Shown here piece by piece: positions 52,212-61,115 of a DNA stretch of 64,000 nt. The notes beneath the pieces are model-generated. The model was not told where the DNA came from. It searched no databases and saw only the letters and a list, made by a program, of their open reading frames with translations. Each line of letters opens with the position of its first letter. Position 1 is the first letter of the stretch. Source of the DNA: Bacteroides sp. CAG:530 (GTDB taxonomy: Bacteria; Bacteroidota; Bacteroidia; Bacteroidales; Bacteroidaceae); the NCBI GenBank assembly GCA_000434735.1, contig FR881281.1, forward strand, positions 12,777-76,776. The letters run 5' to 3'. The translations under genes were made by a program, and so were the position numbers.

Positions 52212-53534
52212 ATGAAAAAACTGATTGCATTTGCTGCGGCAGCCATTGCTCTTGCCTCATGCCAGACTCAACCAAAAGAAGATTACAGCTGGATTAAAAA
52301 CGGACTTGATGTAGCACAACAGCAACTGATGCTTGCTGCTCACGAAGCTGAAGGAACAGGTAAATTGCCTCGTACTACTTATCAGAGTTACGACATGAAC
52401 TTCCTCTGCGAACAGTTGGAAAGAGATTCTGCAACATTTAAAGACTCATTGCGTCAGTCTGCTCCTGCCGAAAAAGTAGGAAAGATGAAACTCTGCACAG
52501 TGAAAGACTGGACAAGCGGATTCTTCCCAGGTTCTTTATGGTATGCATACGAATTGACAGGAAATGACTCGTTGAAAACAGAGGCTATAGAATATACTAA
52601 CTTGCTGAACCCAGTACGCTATTATAGAGGTACTCACGACTTGGGCTTCATGATTAACTGCAGCTATGGTAACGCACTTCGTCTTACCAAGAACGATACA
52701 ATTGCTGCAGTAATGCACGAAACCGCCGATAACCTCTGCAGCCGATTCAACGAAGGTATCGGTTGTATCCGTTCATGGGACTTCGGTACATGGAATTTCC
52801 CGGTTATCATCGACAACATGATGAACCTCGACTTGCTCTTCACTGTAAGCAAACTTACAAACGACGATAAATATAAAAACGTTGCTATCACCCACGCTAA
52901 CACTACCATGAAAAATCACTTCCGTCCGGACTACACTTCATGGCACGTAGTAAGCTATAACAATGACGGTACAGTAGAACGCAAACAGACTTTCCAAGGA
53001 AAGAACGACGACTCTGCATGGAGCCGCGGCCAGGGATGGGGCGTATACGGATATACAGCTTGCTTCCGTGAAACAAACGATTCTACTTACTTGAAATTCG
53101 CATGCAATATTGCAGATATGATTATGAGCCGTGTTAAGACAGACGACGCTATTCCTTACTGGGATTATATGGCTCCTGTAACTCCTGAAACTCCGCGCGA
53201 CGCATCGGCTGCAGCTGTTACAGCTTCTGCCATGTTAGAACTTAGCACATTCGTTGCCGACGGACAGAAATACTTTGACTACGCAGAAAAGATTCTGAAG
53301 AGTTTGTCGAGCGACGCTTATTTGGCTAAGCCAGGCACAAACGGCGGCTTCATCTTGATGCACTCTACAGGTTCTTTGCCTAACGGAAGTGAAATCGATG
53401 TTCCTTTGAACTATGCTGACTACTACTACTTGGAAGCTCTGAAGAGATACATGGATTTAAAGCACATTTCATACAAAATACATGGATTTGAAGCACATTT
53501 CATACAAAGACCTTTAATAATAAGTAATTCATGA
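52212..53534 (+). CDS. glycoside hydrolase family 88 (unsaturated glucuronyl hydrolase), lipoprotein; C-terminus altered by a 31-bp tandem duplication
   Basis: 440 aa with a lipobox (LASC) and GH88 alpha6/alpha6 motifs (SGFFPGSLWYAYELTG, RGQGWGVYGYTA). The last ~20 codons are read through a duplicated segment, and the stop overlaps the next gene's ATG (ATGA). Confidence 0.8.
   Translation: MKKLIAFAAAAIALASCQTQPKEDYSWIKNGLDVAQQQLMLAAHEAEGTGKLPRTTYQSYDMNFLCEQLERDSATFKDSLRQSAPAEKVGKMKLCTVKDWTSGFFPGSLWYAYELTGNDSLKTEAIEYTNLLNPVRYYRGTHDLGFMINCSYGNALRLTKNDTIAAVMHETADNLCSRFNEGIGCIRSWDFGTWNFPVIIDNMMNLDLLFTVSKLTNDDKYKNVAITHANTTMKNHFRPDYTSWHVVSYNNDGTVERKQTFQGKNDDSAWSRGQGWGVYGYTACFRETNDSTYLKFACNIADMIMSRVKTDDAIPYWDYMAPVTPETPRDASAAAVTASAMLELSTFVADGQKYFDYAEKILKSLSSDAYLAKPGTNGGFILMHSTGSLPNGSEIDVPLNYADYYYLEALKRYMDLKHISYKIHGFEAHFIQRPLIISNS
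53447..53508 (+). repeat. 31-bp tandem duplication (atacatggattt[a/g]aagcacatttcatacaaa x2, 30/31 identical) at the 3-prime end of the GH88 gene
   Basis: The copies lie at 53447-53477 and 53478-53508. 31 nt gives a +1 frame change, so the tail reads ...RYMDLKHISYKIHGFEAHFIQRPLIISNS* instead of ...RYMDLKHISYKDL*. Confidence 0.9.
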
Positions 53535-55528
53535 AATTAAAACATATAGCATTAAGCATAGTAGCTTGTATCGGTATGGCACAAGCTACTGCACAAGAGC
53601 TTAAAACGGAAGTTTTCTCTTTGCTGAACCTTAATTATCCAGGTTTGGAGAAAGTTAAGTCTTTGCACGAATCAGGAAAAGACAAAGATGCTGCACAGGC
53701 ATTGCTCGATTATTACCGCGCACGTACCAACATCAAGACTCCTGATATTAACCTGAATAAGATTACTATCGGTAAGGAAGAACAGAAGTGGGCCGACGAC
53801 GCTATGGAGCATACATTCTTCGTACATAAAGGCTACCAGCCATCGTTCAACTACGGAAAGGACATCAACTGGAAATACTGGCCTGTACAAGATAACGAAT
53901 TGCGTTGGCAGCTTCACCGTCACAAATGGTTTACTCCGATGGGTAAAGCATATCGCGTGTCGGGCGACGAGAAGTATGCTAAAGAATGGGCCGCTCAATA
54001 TATCGACTGGATTAAGAAAAACCCGTTGGTATCTATCGACAAGAAAGAATATGAACTGACAAGCAACGAAACCCTGAAAGGCGATGTAGAAAACATGCGT
54101 TTCGCTTGGCGTCCGCTGGAAGTTAGTAACCGCCTGCAAGACCAGACTACACAGTTCCAGTTGTTCTTGCCGTCTCCTTCGTTCACTCCGGAATTCCTTA
54201 CCGAGTTCCTTGTAAACTACTACAAGCACGCTGTTCATATCCTGAACAACTACTCAGACCAAGGAAACCACTTGCTGTTCGAAGCACAGCGTATCATCTA
54301 CGCCGGAACATTCTTCCCAGAATTCAAGGACGCTTCTGCATGGAGACAGAGCGGTATCGGTATCTTGAACCGCGAAATCAAAGTTCAGGTTTACGATGAC
54401 GGTGGACAGTTCGAGCTCGACCCGCACTATCACTTGGCATCAATCAACATTTTCTGCAAGGCTTTGTACATAGCAGATATGAACGGATTCCGCAATGATT
54501 TCCCGCAGAGCTACATGGATACAGTAGAAAACATGATTATGTTCTACCTGAACATCTGTTTCCCCGACTATACCAATCCTTGCTTCAGCGACGCTAAGCT
54601 GACAACAAAGAGAGAAATGGTCAAGAACTACAAAGAATGGAGCAAATTGTTCCCAAAGAATAAGGCTATCTTATACTTCGCAAGCGAAGGCAAAAAAGGA
54701 GAACTTCCTGCATACTTGTCTAAAGGTTTCTTGAAATCAGGTTTCTTTGTATTCAGAAACTCTTGGGGTGAAGACGCAACTCAGATGGTAGTTAAGGCTG
54801 GTCCGAAAGCATTCTGGCACTGTCAGCCCGATAACGGTACATTCGAGATGTGGTTCAACGGAAAGAATCTGTTCCCCGACTCTGGTTCTTATGTATACGC
54901 CGGAAGCAAGGAAGTAAACGAAGAACGTAATTGGTTCCGCCAAACTGCGGTTCACAACACACTTACTCTGAACAACAAGAATCTTGACCAGACAAATTCT
55001 AAGACTCTGTTGTGGCAGCCCGAAGGCGATATTCAGACACTTGTTACTGAAAACCCGAGCTACAAGAACCTTACTCACCGTCGTAGCATCTTCTTTGTAA
55101 ACAACACATATTTCGTGATTGTAGACGAAGCTATCGGTGCAGCAAAAGGCTTTGTAAACTTGCACTACCAAATGCCGAAAGGTAAGATTGCCAATAGTCG
55201 TGAAGACATGACTTTCATTACCGAGTTTGAAAGCGGAAGCAACATGAAGTTGCAGTGCTTCGGTCCTGACGGCATGAGCATGAAGAAAGAAGAAGGTTGG
55301 GCATCTACAGCTTACCGCAAGAAATTCAAACGTATGAATGTTTCATTCAACGTTAAGAAAGAAAACGATGCGGTACGTTACATCACCATCATCTATCCGA
55401 TGAAAGACAGCGCAGATGCGCCTGCTATGTCGGCTAAGTTCAAGACTAAGAAATTCGACGGTAAGAACTTGGAAGTTGAAGTAAAAGTAGGTGGCAAGAA
55501 ACAATCTTTGAAATATACCTTGCAATAA
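53531..55528 (+). CDS. heparinase III (PL12-family heparin/heparan-sulfate lyase)
   Basis: 665 aa with a signal peptide. Its size and motifs match HepIII-type enzymes (LNLNYPGLEKVK, HRHKWF, WHCQPDN, HRRSIFFVN). Confidence 0.8.
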   Translation: MKLKHIALSIVACIGMAQATAQELKTEVFSLLNLNYPGLEKVKSLHESGKDKDAAQALLDYYRARTNIKTPDINLNKITIGKEEQKWADDAMEHTFFVHKGYQPSFNYGKDINWKYWPVQDNELRWQLHRHKWFTPMGKAYRVSGDEKYAKEWAAQYIDWIKKNPLVSIDKKEYELTSNETLKGDVENMRFAWRPLEVSNRLQDQTTQFQLFLPSPSFTPEFLTEFLVNYYKHAVHILNNYSDQGNHLLFEAQRIIYAGTFFPEFKDASAWRQSGIGILNREIKVQVYDDGGQFELDPHYHLASINIFCKALYIADMNGFRNDFPQSYMDTVENMIMFYLNICFPDYTNPCFSDAKLTTKREMVKNYKEWSKLFPKNKAILYFASEGKKGELPAYLSKGFLKSGFFVFRNSWGEDATQMVVKAGPKAFWHCQPDNGTFEMWFNGKNLFPDSGSYVYAGSKEVNEERNWFRQTAVHNTLTLNNKNLDQTNSKTLLWQPEGDIQTLVTENPSYKNLTHRRSIFFVNNTYFVIVDEAIGAAKGFVNLHYQMPKGKIANSREDMTFITEFESGSNMKLQCFGPDGMSMKKEEGWASTAYRKKFKRMNVSFNVKKENDAVRYITIIYPMKDSADAPAMSAKFKTKKFDGKNLEVEVKVGGKKQSLKYTLQ

Positions 55529-55604
55529 ACCATTTATTGTTGTCGGGGATGGGATGAACATAATCCCTACTCCGACCTCAATAAAACCATTATAACTCTA
55601 TATC

Positions 55605-57209
55605 ATGAAAACAGTATCTCAAGCAGCATTGTGCCTTCCTTTAGTGGCACTGAATTTAACAAGCTGCGCAACCCAAAAAAAAGAAGAGCCGAAACAGCCG
55701 AACATTATTTTTATAATGACCGACGACCATACCACTCAGGCTATGTCTTGCTACGGAGGAAATCTTATCCAGACTCCAAACATGGACCGCATCGCCAATG
55801 AAGGTATCCGTTTCGACAACTGCTATGCAGTAAACGCCCTTTCAGGTCCGTCAAGAGCCTGCGTACTGACAGGTAAATTCAGCCACATGAATGGCTTTAC
55901 AGACAACGCTTGTAAATTCAACGGCGATCAGCAGACATTCCCGAAACTATTGCAGAAAGCAGGATACGAAACTTCTATCATCGGAAAATGGCATCTTATC
56001 TCTGAACCACAAGGATTCGACTACTGGAGTGTCTTAAGCGGACAAGAAGAACAAGGTGACTACTACGATCCTGACTTCTGGGAAAACGGTAAACACATAA
56101 CAGAAAAAGGTTATGTAACCGATATTATCACAGACAAGGCGATAAAATGGATGGAAGGACGCGACAAGAGCAAACCGTTCTGCATGATGTTCCACGAAAA
56201 AGCGCCTCATCGCGACTGGATGCCGGCTCCACGTCATTTAGGTATATTCAACGACGTTACTTTCCCCGAACCAGAGAATCTGTTCGATGACTACAAGGGA
56301 AGACAAGCTGCAGCCGAACAAGACATGTCGATTGCCAAGACTCTGAGAGAAGACTGGGACTTGAAACTTCTTACTCACGACGAAATAGTAAACGGAAAGT
56401 CAAGACTGCGCGATGTCTATATGCGTATGCCGGAAGATGTTCAGCACAAATGGGATTCTGTTTATGCACCACGTATCGCAGAATATCGCAAAGGCAACTT
56501 GAAAGGCAAAGAATTGATAAGCTGGAAATATCAGCAATACATGCGCGATTATCTGGCAACCGTTCTTTCTGTAGACGAAAACATCGGACGATTGCTTGAT
56601 TATCTGAGCGAAACAAATCAGTTGGACAACACTATCATAGTTTATACTTCCGACCAAGGCTTCTTCTTGGGAGAACACGGATGGTTCGACAAGCGATTCA
56701 TGTACGAAGAATGCCAGCGTATGCCGCTTATCATACGTTACCCCAAAGCTATTAAGGCAGGTTCTGTAAGCTCGGCTATCAGTATGAACGTTGACTTCGC
56801 TCCTACATTCCTCGACTTTGCAGGTGTTGATATACCGGAAGATATTCAGGGTAAATCATTGAAGCCTATCCTCGAAAACGAAGGAAAGACTCCTGCCGAT
56901 TGGCGCAAGGCTGCCTACTATCATTATTATGAATATCCGGCAGAACACTCAGTTAAACGTCACTACGGAATACGCACACAAGACTTTAAGTTGATTCATT
57001 TCTATAATGACATCGATGTTTGGGAAATGTACGACATGAAGAAAGATCCGCATGAGATGAACAACATCTTTGGCAACCCTGACTATGCCGACAAGCAGCA
57101 AGAACTGATGCAGCTGTTGAAAGAGACTCAGGAACAATATAAAGATACCGACCCCGACGAAAAAGAAAAAGTACTTTTCAAGGGCGACCGTAGATATATG
57201 AAACGATAA
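55605..57209 (+). CDS. S1-family sulfatase, Ser-type (formylglycine motif S-G-P-S-R)
   Basis: 534 aa with a lipobox (LTSC). The sulfatase signature is NALSGPSRACVLTG, and the metal-binding motifs are IFIMTDDHT and GKWHL. Confidence 0.9.
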   Translation: MKTVSQAALCLPLVALNLTSCATQKKEEPKQPNIIFIMTDDHTTQAMSCYGGNLIQTPNMDRIANEGIRFDNCYAVNALSGPSRACVLTGKFSHMNGFTDNACKFNGDQQTFPKLLQKAGYETSIIGKWHLISEPQGFDYWSVLSGQEEQGDYYDPDFWENGKHITEKGYVTDIITDKAIKWMEGRDKSKPFCMMFHEKAPHRDWMPAPRHLGIFNDVTFPEPENLFDDYKGRQAAAEQDMSIAKTLREDWDLKLLTHDEIVNGKSRLRDVYMRMPEDVQHKWDSVYAPRIAEYRKGNLKGKELISWKYQQYMRDYLATVLSVDENIGRLLDYLSETNQLDNTIIVYTSDQGFFLGEHGWFDKRFMYEECQRMPLIIRYPKAIKAGSVSSAISMNVDFAPTFLDFAGVDIPEDIQGKSLKPILENEGKTPADWRKAAYYHYYEYPAEHSVKRHYGIRTQDFKLIHFYNDIDVWEMYDMKKDPHEMNNIFGNPDYADKQQELMQLLKETQEQYKDTDPDEKEKVLFKGDRRYMKR

Positions 57210-57235
57210 TTCACTTTTATATAATTTATAATACT

Positions 57236-58864
57236 ATGGACAGAAGACGATTTTTAAAAACTACAGGATGGTCTTTCTTAGGTATTGCAGCATCGGGTAG
57301 CTTGCTCGAAGCTTGCACACCGGGCAGTAAAGAAGCTAAAAAAATAATGCCGTCGGCCAGCGACTATAAAATGTTCTGGGGCGACTTACATAACCATTGT
57401 AACATCACTTACGGACACGGCGACATGCGCGACGCTTTCGAAGCGGCTAAGCAGCAACTCGACTTTGTAAGTGTTACCCCACATGCTATGTGGCCTGATA
57501 TCCCAGGAGCCGACGACCCACGTTTGGCTTGGGTTATCGACTATCATACTGAAGCCTTCAAACGTCTGCGTGCCGGAGGATACGAAAAGTATGTAGCAAT
57601 GACCAACGAATACAATAAAGAAGGCGAGTTCCTTACTTTCATTGGTTATGAAGCACACAGCATGCAGCACGGCGACCACGTTGCCCTAAACTACGACCTC
57701 GACGCACCGCTTGTAGAATGTACTTCTATCGAAGATTGGAAACAGAAAGCCAAAGGTCATAAGGTATTCGTTACTCCGCACCACATGGGCTATCAAACAG
57801 GATACCGCGGATACGACTGGAACTTCTTTACCGAAGGCGATGTAACTCCGTTCGTAGAAATGTATTCTCGTCACGGATTGGCAGAAACAGATCAGGGCGA
57901 CTATCCTTATCTGCACGATATGGGACCTCGCCAGTGGGAAGGTACCATCCTTTGCGGATTGGAAAGAGGACACAAGTTCGGTATCATGGGTTCTACAGAC
58001 CAGCACTCAGGTTATCCTGGTAGCTACGGTGACGGCCGAATCGGTGTTTTGTCTCCGTCACTGCACAGAGAAAACATCTGGGAAGCACTGCGCAACCGCC
58101 ACGTTTGCTGCGCTACCGGCGATAAGATTCTCATCGACTTCCGCCTGAACGACGCGTTTATGGGAGACGTTACTAAGGGAAACAGCCGCCGCATCTACCT
58201 AAATGTAGAAGGAGAAAGCTGCATAGACTATGTAGACGTTATCAAGAACGGACGCTTGTTGGCACGCCTCAACGGTCCGATGACTCCGGTAATGCCGAAG
58301 GAAGATACCGTACGTTGCAAAGTGAAAGTACAGTTCGGATGGAACCGCGAAGAGAAATACGTAGCTTGGAAAGGAAACTTGTCAATCGATAAGGGTCGTA
58401 TCGTAAGCGTTACTCCTTGCTTTAGAGGTGCAGCGTTCACATCGCCTCAGCCGGGAGAAAAAGAGTTCCACACTCACGTAAACAAGATTTTGAGCGTAAG
58501 CGAAAAAAATACTGAGTTGGAAATGTACTCTTCTAAGAACCCCAACACCACTACCGATGCTACACAGGCAGTAATTCTGGAACTGGAAATGCCGAAAGAC
58601 GGAGTGCTTACAGCCGAATTCAACGGCAAGAAGTTCAGCCACACACTGGGCGAATTGTTAGAAGGCTCACGCACTCACTTCATGATAGGATGGTTGAGCG
58701 AGGCTATTTTGTTTAACCGCGCAATGCCTGAAAGCTGCTACACTGTAGAGCACTACATGGAAGATACCACACCAGAAAGAGATACTGACTATTATTACAT
58801 CCGTGTACGCCAGCGCGACCAGCAATGGGCTTGGAGTTCACCAATCTGGGTAGAAAGAACATAA
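57236..58864 (+). CDS. Tat-signal PHP-domain (DUF3604/CehA-like) metal-dependent hydrolase of unknown specificity
   Basis: 542 aa. The N-terminus, MDRRRFLKTTGWSFLGIAASGSLLEAC, is a canonical twin-arginine motif (RRxFLK) with a possible lipobox. The PHP motifs are GDLHNHCNITYGHGD, FVSVTPHA, GYEAHS, TPHHMGY and STDQHSGYPG. Confidence 0.7.
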   Translation: MDRRRFLKTTGWSFLGIAASGSLLEACTPGSKEAKKIMPSASDYKMFWGDLHNHCNITYGHGDMRDAFEAAKQQLDFVSVTPHAMWPDIPGADDPRLAWVIDYHTEAFKRLRAGGYEKYVAMTNEYNKEGEFLTFIGYEAHSMQHGDHVALNYDLDAPLVECTSIEDWKQKAKGHKVFVTPHHMGYQTGYRGYDWNFFTEGDVTPFVEMYSRHGLAETDQGDYPYLHDMGPRQWEGTILCGLERGHKFGIMGSTDQHSGYPGSYGDGRIGVLSPSLHRENIWEALRNRHVCCATGDKILIDFRLNDAFMGDVTKGNSRRIYLNVEGESCIDYVDVIKNGRLLARLNGPMTPVMPKEDTVRCKVKVQFGWNREEKYVAWKGNLSIDKGRIVSVTPCFRGAAFTSPQPGEKEFHTHVNKILSVSEKNTELEMYSSKNPNTTTDATQAVILELEMPKDGVLTAEFNGKKFSHTLGELLEGSRTHFMIGWLSEAILFNRAMPESCYTVEHYMEDTTPERDTDYYYIRVRQRDQQWAWSSPIWVERT

Positions 58865-58865
58865 A

Positions 58866-59819
58866 ATGGAAAATAAAAGATTCGCTATAGGAATAGACCT
58901 TGGCGGAACTTCTGTGAAATACGCCTTGACTGATGCCGAAGGCGTATTTCATTTTGAGGGGAAGATTCCGTCGAAAGCCGATATCTCGGCAGAAGCCGTT
59001 ATCGGACAATTGAGCTTTGCCGCACAGCAGTGTATGGATGCAGCAGCAAAAAACAATATTACAGTGGCTGGCATCGGTATTGGTACACCGGGCATTGTAG
59101 ACGAAACAAACCGTAAGGTACTTGGTGGAGCCGAAAACATTGTAGGCTGGGAGAATGTAAACTTAGCAGACGTAATGGAAGAGGCAACCGGACTCAAGGT
59201 TCAGGTGGGCAATGATGCCAACATGATGGGACTGGGCGAAACTCTGTTCGGAGCCGGAAAAGGAATGAAGAACGTGGTATTCGTAACCGTAGGTACAGGC
59301 ATCGGAGGTGCGGTAGTTATAGACGGCAAGCTATTTAACGGATTCGCCAACCGAGGTACAGAATTGGGTCACGTGCCCTTGATAGCCAACGGTGAAGAAT
59401 GCGCTTGCGGCTCTGTAGGCTGCTTAGAGCATTATGCCTCTACATCGGCTTTGGTACGCCGCTTCTGCAAACGCGCTAAAGAAGCCGGACGCATATTTTC
59501 TGAAGAGGTAAACGGCGAAGTTATAGTACGCCTTTACAAAGAAAACGATCCGATAGCCGTTGAAAGCCTCAACGAGCATTGCGACTTCTTAGGACATGGC
59601 ATCGGAGGATTCATCAACATCTTCAGTCCGCAACTGATAGTAGTGGGCGGAGGATTATCAGAAGCCGGCGATTTCTATATTCAGAAAGTCAGCGAAAGAG
59701 CCATGCGATACGCTATCCCCGACTGCGCCGTAAACACCCGCATCATGGCTGCCACATTAGGCAATAAAGCCGGATGCTTAGGAGCTGCCGCTTTAATTTT
59801 TCAACAGTCAGAACAATGA
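58866..59819 (+). CDS. ROK-family sugar kinase (glucosamine/N-acetylglucosamine kinase-like)
   Basis: 317 aa. The motifs are the ATP-binding IGIDLGGT, ROK-type GHVPL and the zinc motif CACGSVGCLE. The start is 1 nt after the upstream stop, and the stop overlaps the next ATG. Confidence 0.85.
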   Translation: MENKRFAIGIDLGGTSVKYALTDAEGVFHFEGKIPSKADISAEAVIGQLSFAAQQCMDAAAKNNITVAGIGIGTPGIVDETNRKVLGGAENIVGWENVNLADVMEEATGLKVQVGNDANMMGLGETLFGAGKGMKNVVFVTVGTGIGGAVVIDGKLFNGFANRGTELGHVPLIANGEECACGSVGCLEHYASTSALVRRFCKRAKEAGRIFSEEVNGEVIVRLYKENDPIAVESLNEHCDFLGHGIGGFINIFSPQLIVVGGGLSEAGDFYIQKVSERAMRYAIPDCAVNTRIMAATLGNKAGCLGAAALIFQQSEQ

Positions 59820-61090
59820 AAAAGAAAATACTACAACTTACCCTAATCATGATGTTCTGGTTTACCATTTCGTTCATCACGAACATCTTGGGACCACTTA
59901 TACCGGACATCATCAATAACTTCCACCTGAGCGACTTGGCTATGGCTGGGTTCATTCCCACCTCGTTCTTCATTGCTTATGCGTTGATGTCTATCCCTGC
60001 CGGTATCCTGATAGACCGTTTCGGCGAGAAACCCGTATTATTCTGCGGATTCCTCATGCCGTTCGTAGGAACTATCTTGTTTGCCATGCTGCATACTTAT
60101 CCGGCATTGCTTGCATCATCGTTCATCATCGGACTGGGTATGGCCATGCTGCAAACGGTTATCAACCCGCTGCAACGCGCTGTGGGAGGCGAAGAGAACT
60201 ACGCATTTATAGCCGAGTTGGCACAATTCGTATTCGGAGCCGCTTCGTTTGTCAGCCCGTTGGTTTACACATACCTGATTCACGAACTCGACCCGTCTAT
60301 CTACAGCGAAGGCAAGAATTGGCTTATCGACCTATTGGCTCGCGTCACTCCGTCCGATTTGCCTTGGGTTTCACTGTACTGGATATTCACAATCATCCTA
60401 TTGGCCATGCTGATAGCTGTAGCCGTATCTAAGTTTCCGAAGATAGAACTGAAAGAAGACGAAAAGAGCGGCTCGCGTTCATCGTACACAGAGCTATTTA
60501 AGAAGCCTTCTGTATGGTTGTTTTTCTTAGGTATATTTTGCTACGTAAGTACAGAGCAAGGTTCTTCTATCTTTATGAGTACTTTCCTTGAACAATATCA
60601 CGGTATAAACCCACAAACTGATGGAGCACAAACCGTTAGTTTGTTCTGGGGACTGATGACTGTGGGATGTTTCTTCGGTATGATTCTGCTGAAGTTCATA
60701 GACAGCAAGCGTCTGCTTCAGATGTCGGGAATAATCACCATAGTATTGCTGGCATGCGCTTTGTTCGGAAGCAAACAGCTTTCTGTAATGGCATTCCCCG
60801 CTATCGGATTCAGTATTTCTATGATGTACTCTATAGTATTTTCATTGGCTCTCAACTCCGTATCCGAACATCACGGCTCGTTTGCCGGAATTCTTTGCTC
60901 GGCTATTGCCGGAGGTGCCATCGGTCCGCTTATCATCAGTAGCATAGCCGATCATACCTCACTGCAAGTCGGAATGTCGGCCCTGTTTGTATTCGTTGCC
61001 TACATTACCTTCATCGGTTTCTGGGCTAACCCGATTATAAACAACAAGACTATCAGCCTGAAAGATTTATTCCGCAAGAGAAGTCTGTAA
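59816..61090 (+). CDS. MFS transporter (FucP/glucose-galactose-type sugar permease)
   Basis: The start is taken at the internal MKKKILQLT (the ATGA overlap with the ROK stop). It has 12 predicted TM helices and an MFS sugar-porter-like N-terminal motif. Confidence 0.85.
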   Translation: MKKKILQLTLIMMFWFTISFITNILGPLIPDIINNFHLSDLAMAGFIPTSFFIAYALMSIPAGILIDRFGEKPVLFCGFLMPFVGTILFAMLHTYPALLASSFIIGLGMAMLQTVINPLQRAVGGEENYAFIAELAQFVFGAASFVSPLVYTYLIHELDPSIYSEGKNWLIDLLARVTPSDLPWVSLYWIFTIILLAMLIAVAVSKFPKIELKEDEKSGSRSSYTELFKKPSVWLFFLGIFCYVSTEQGSSIFMSTFLEQYHGINPQTDGAQTVSLFWGLMTVGCFFGMILLKFIDSKRLLQMSGIITIVLLACALFGSKQLSVMAFPAIGFSISMMYSIVFSLALNSVSEHHGSFAGILCSAIAGGAIGPLIISSIADHTSLQVGMSALFVFVAYITFIGFWANPIINNKTISLKDLFRKRSL

Positions 61091-61115
61091 AATATAATTT
61101 ATTACTTTATCCAAC

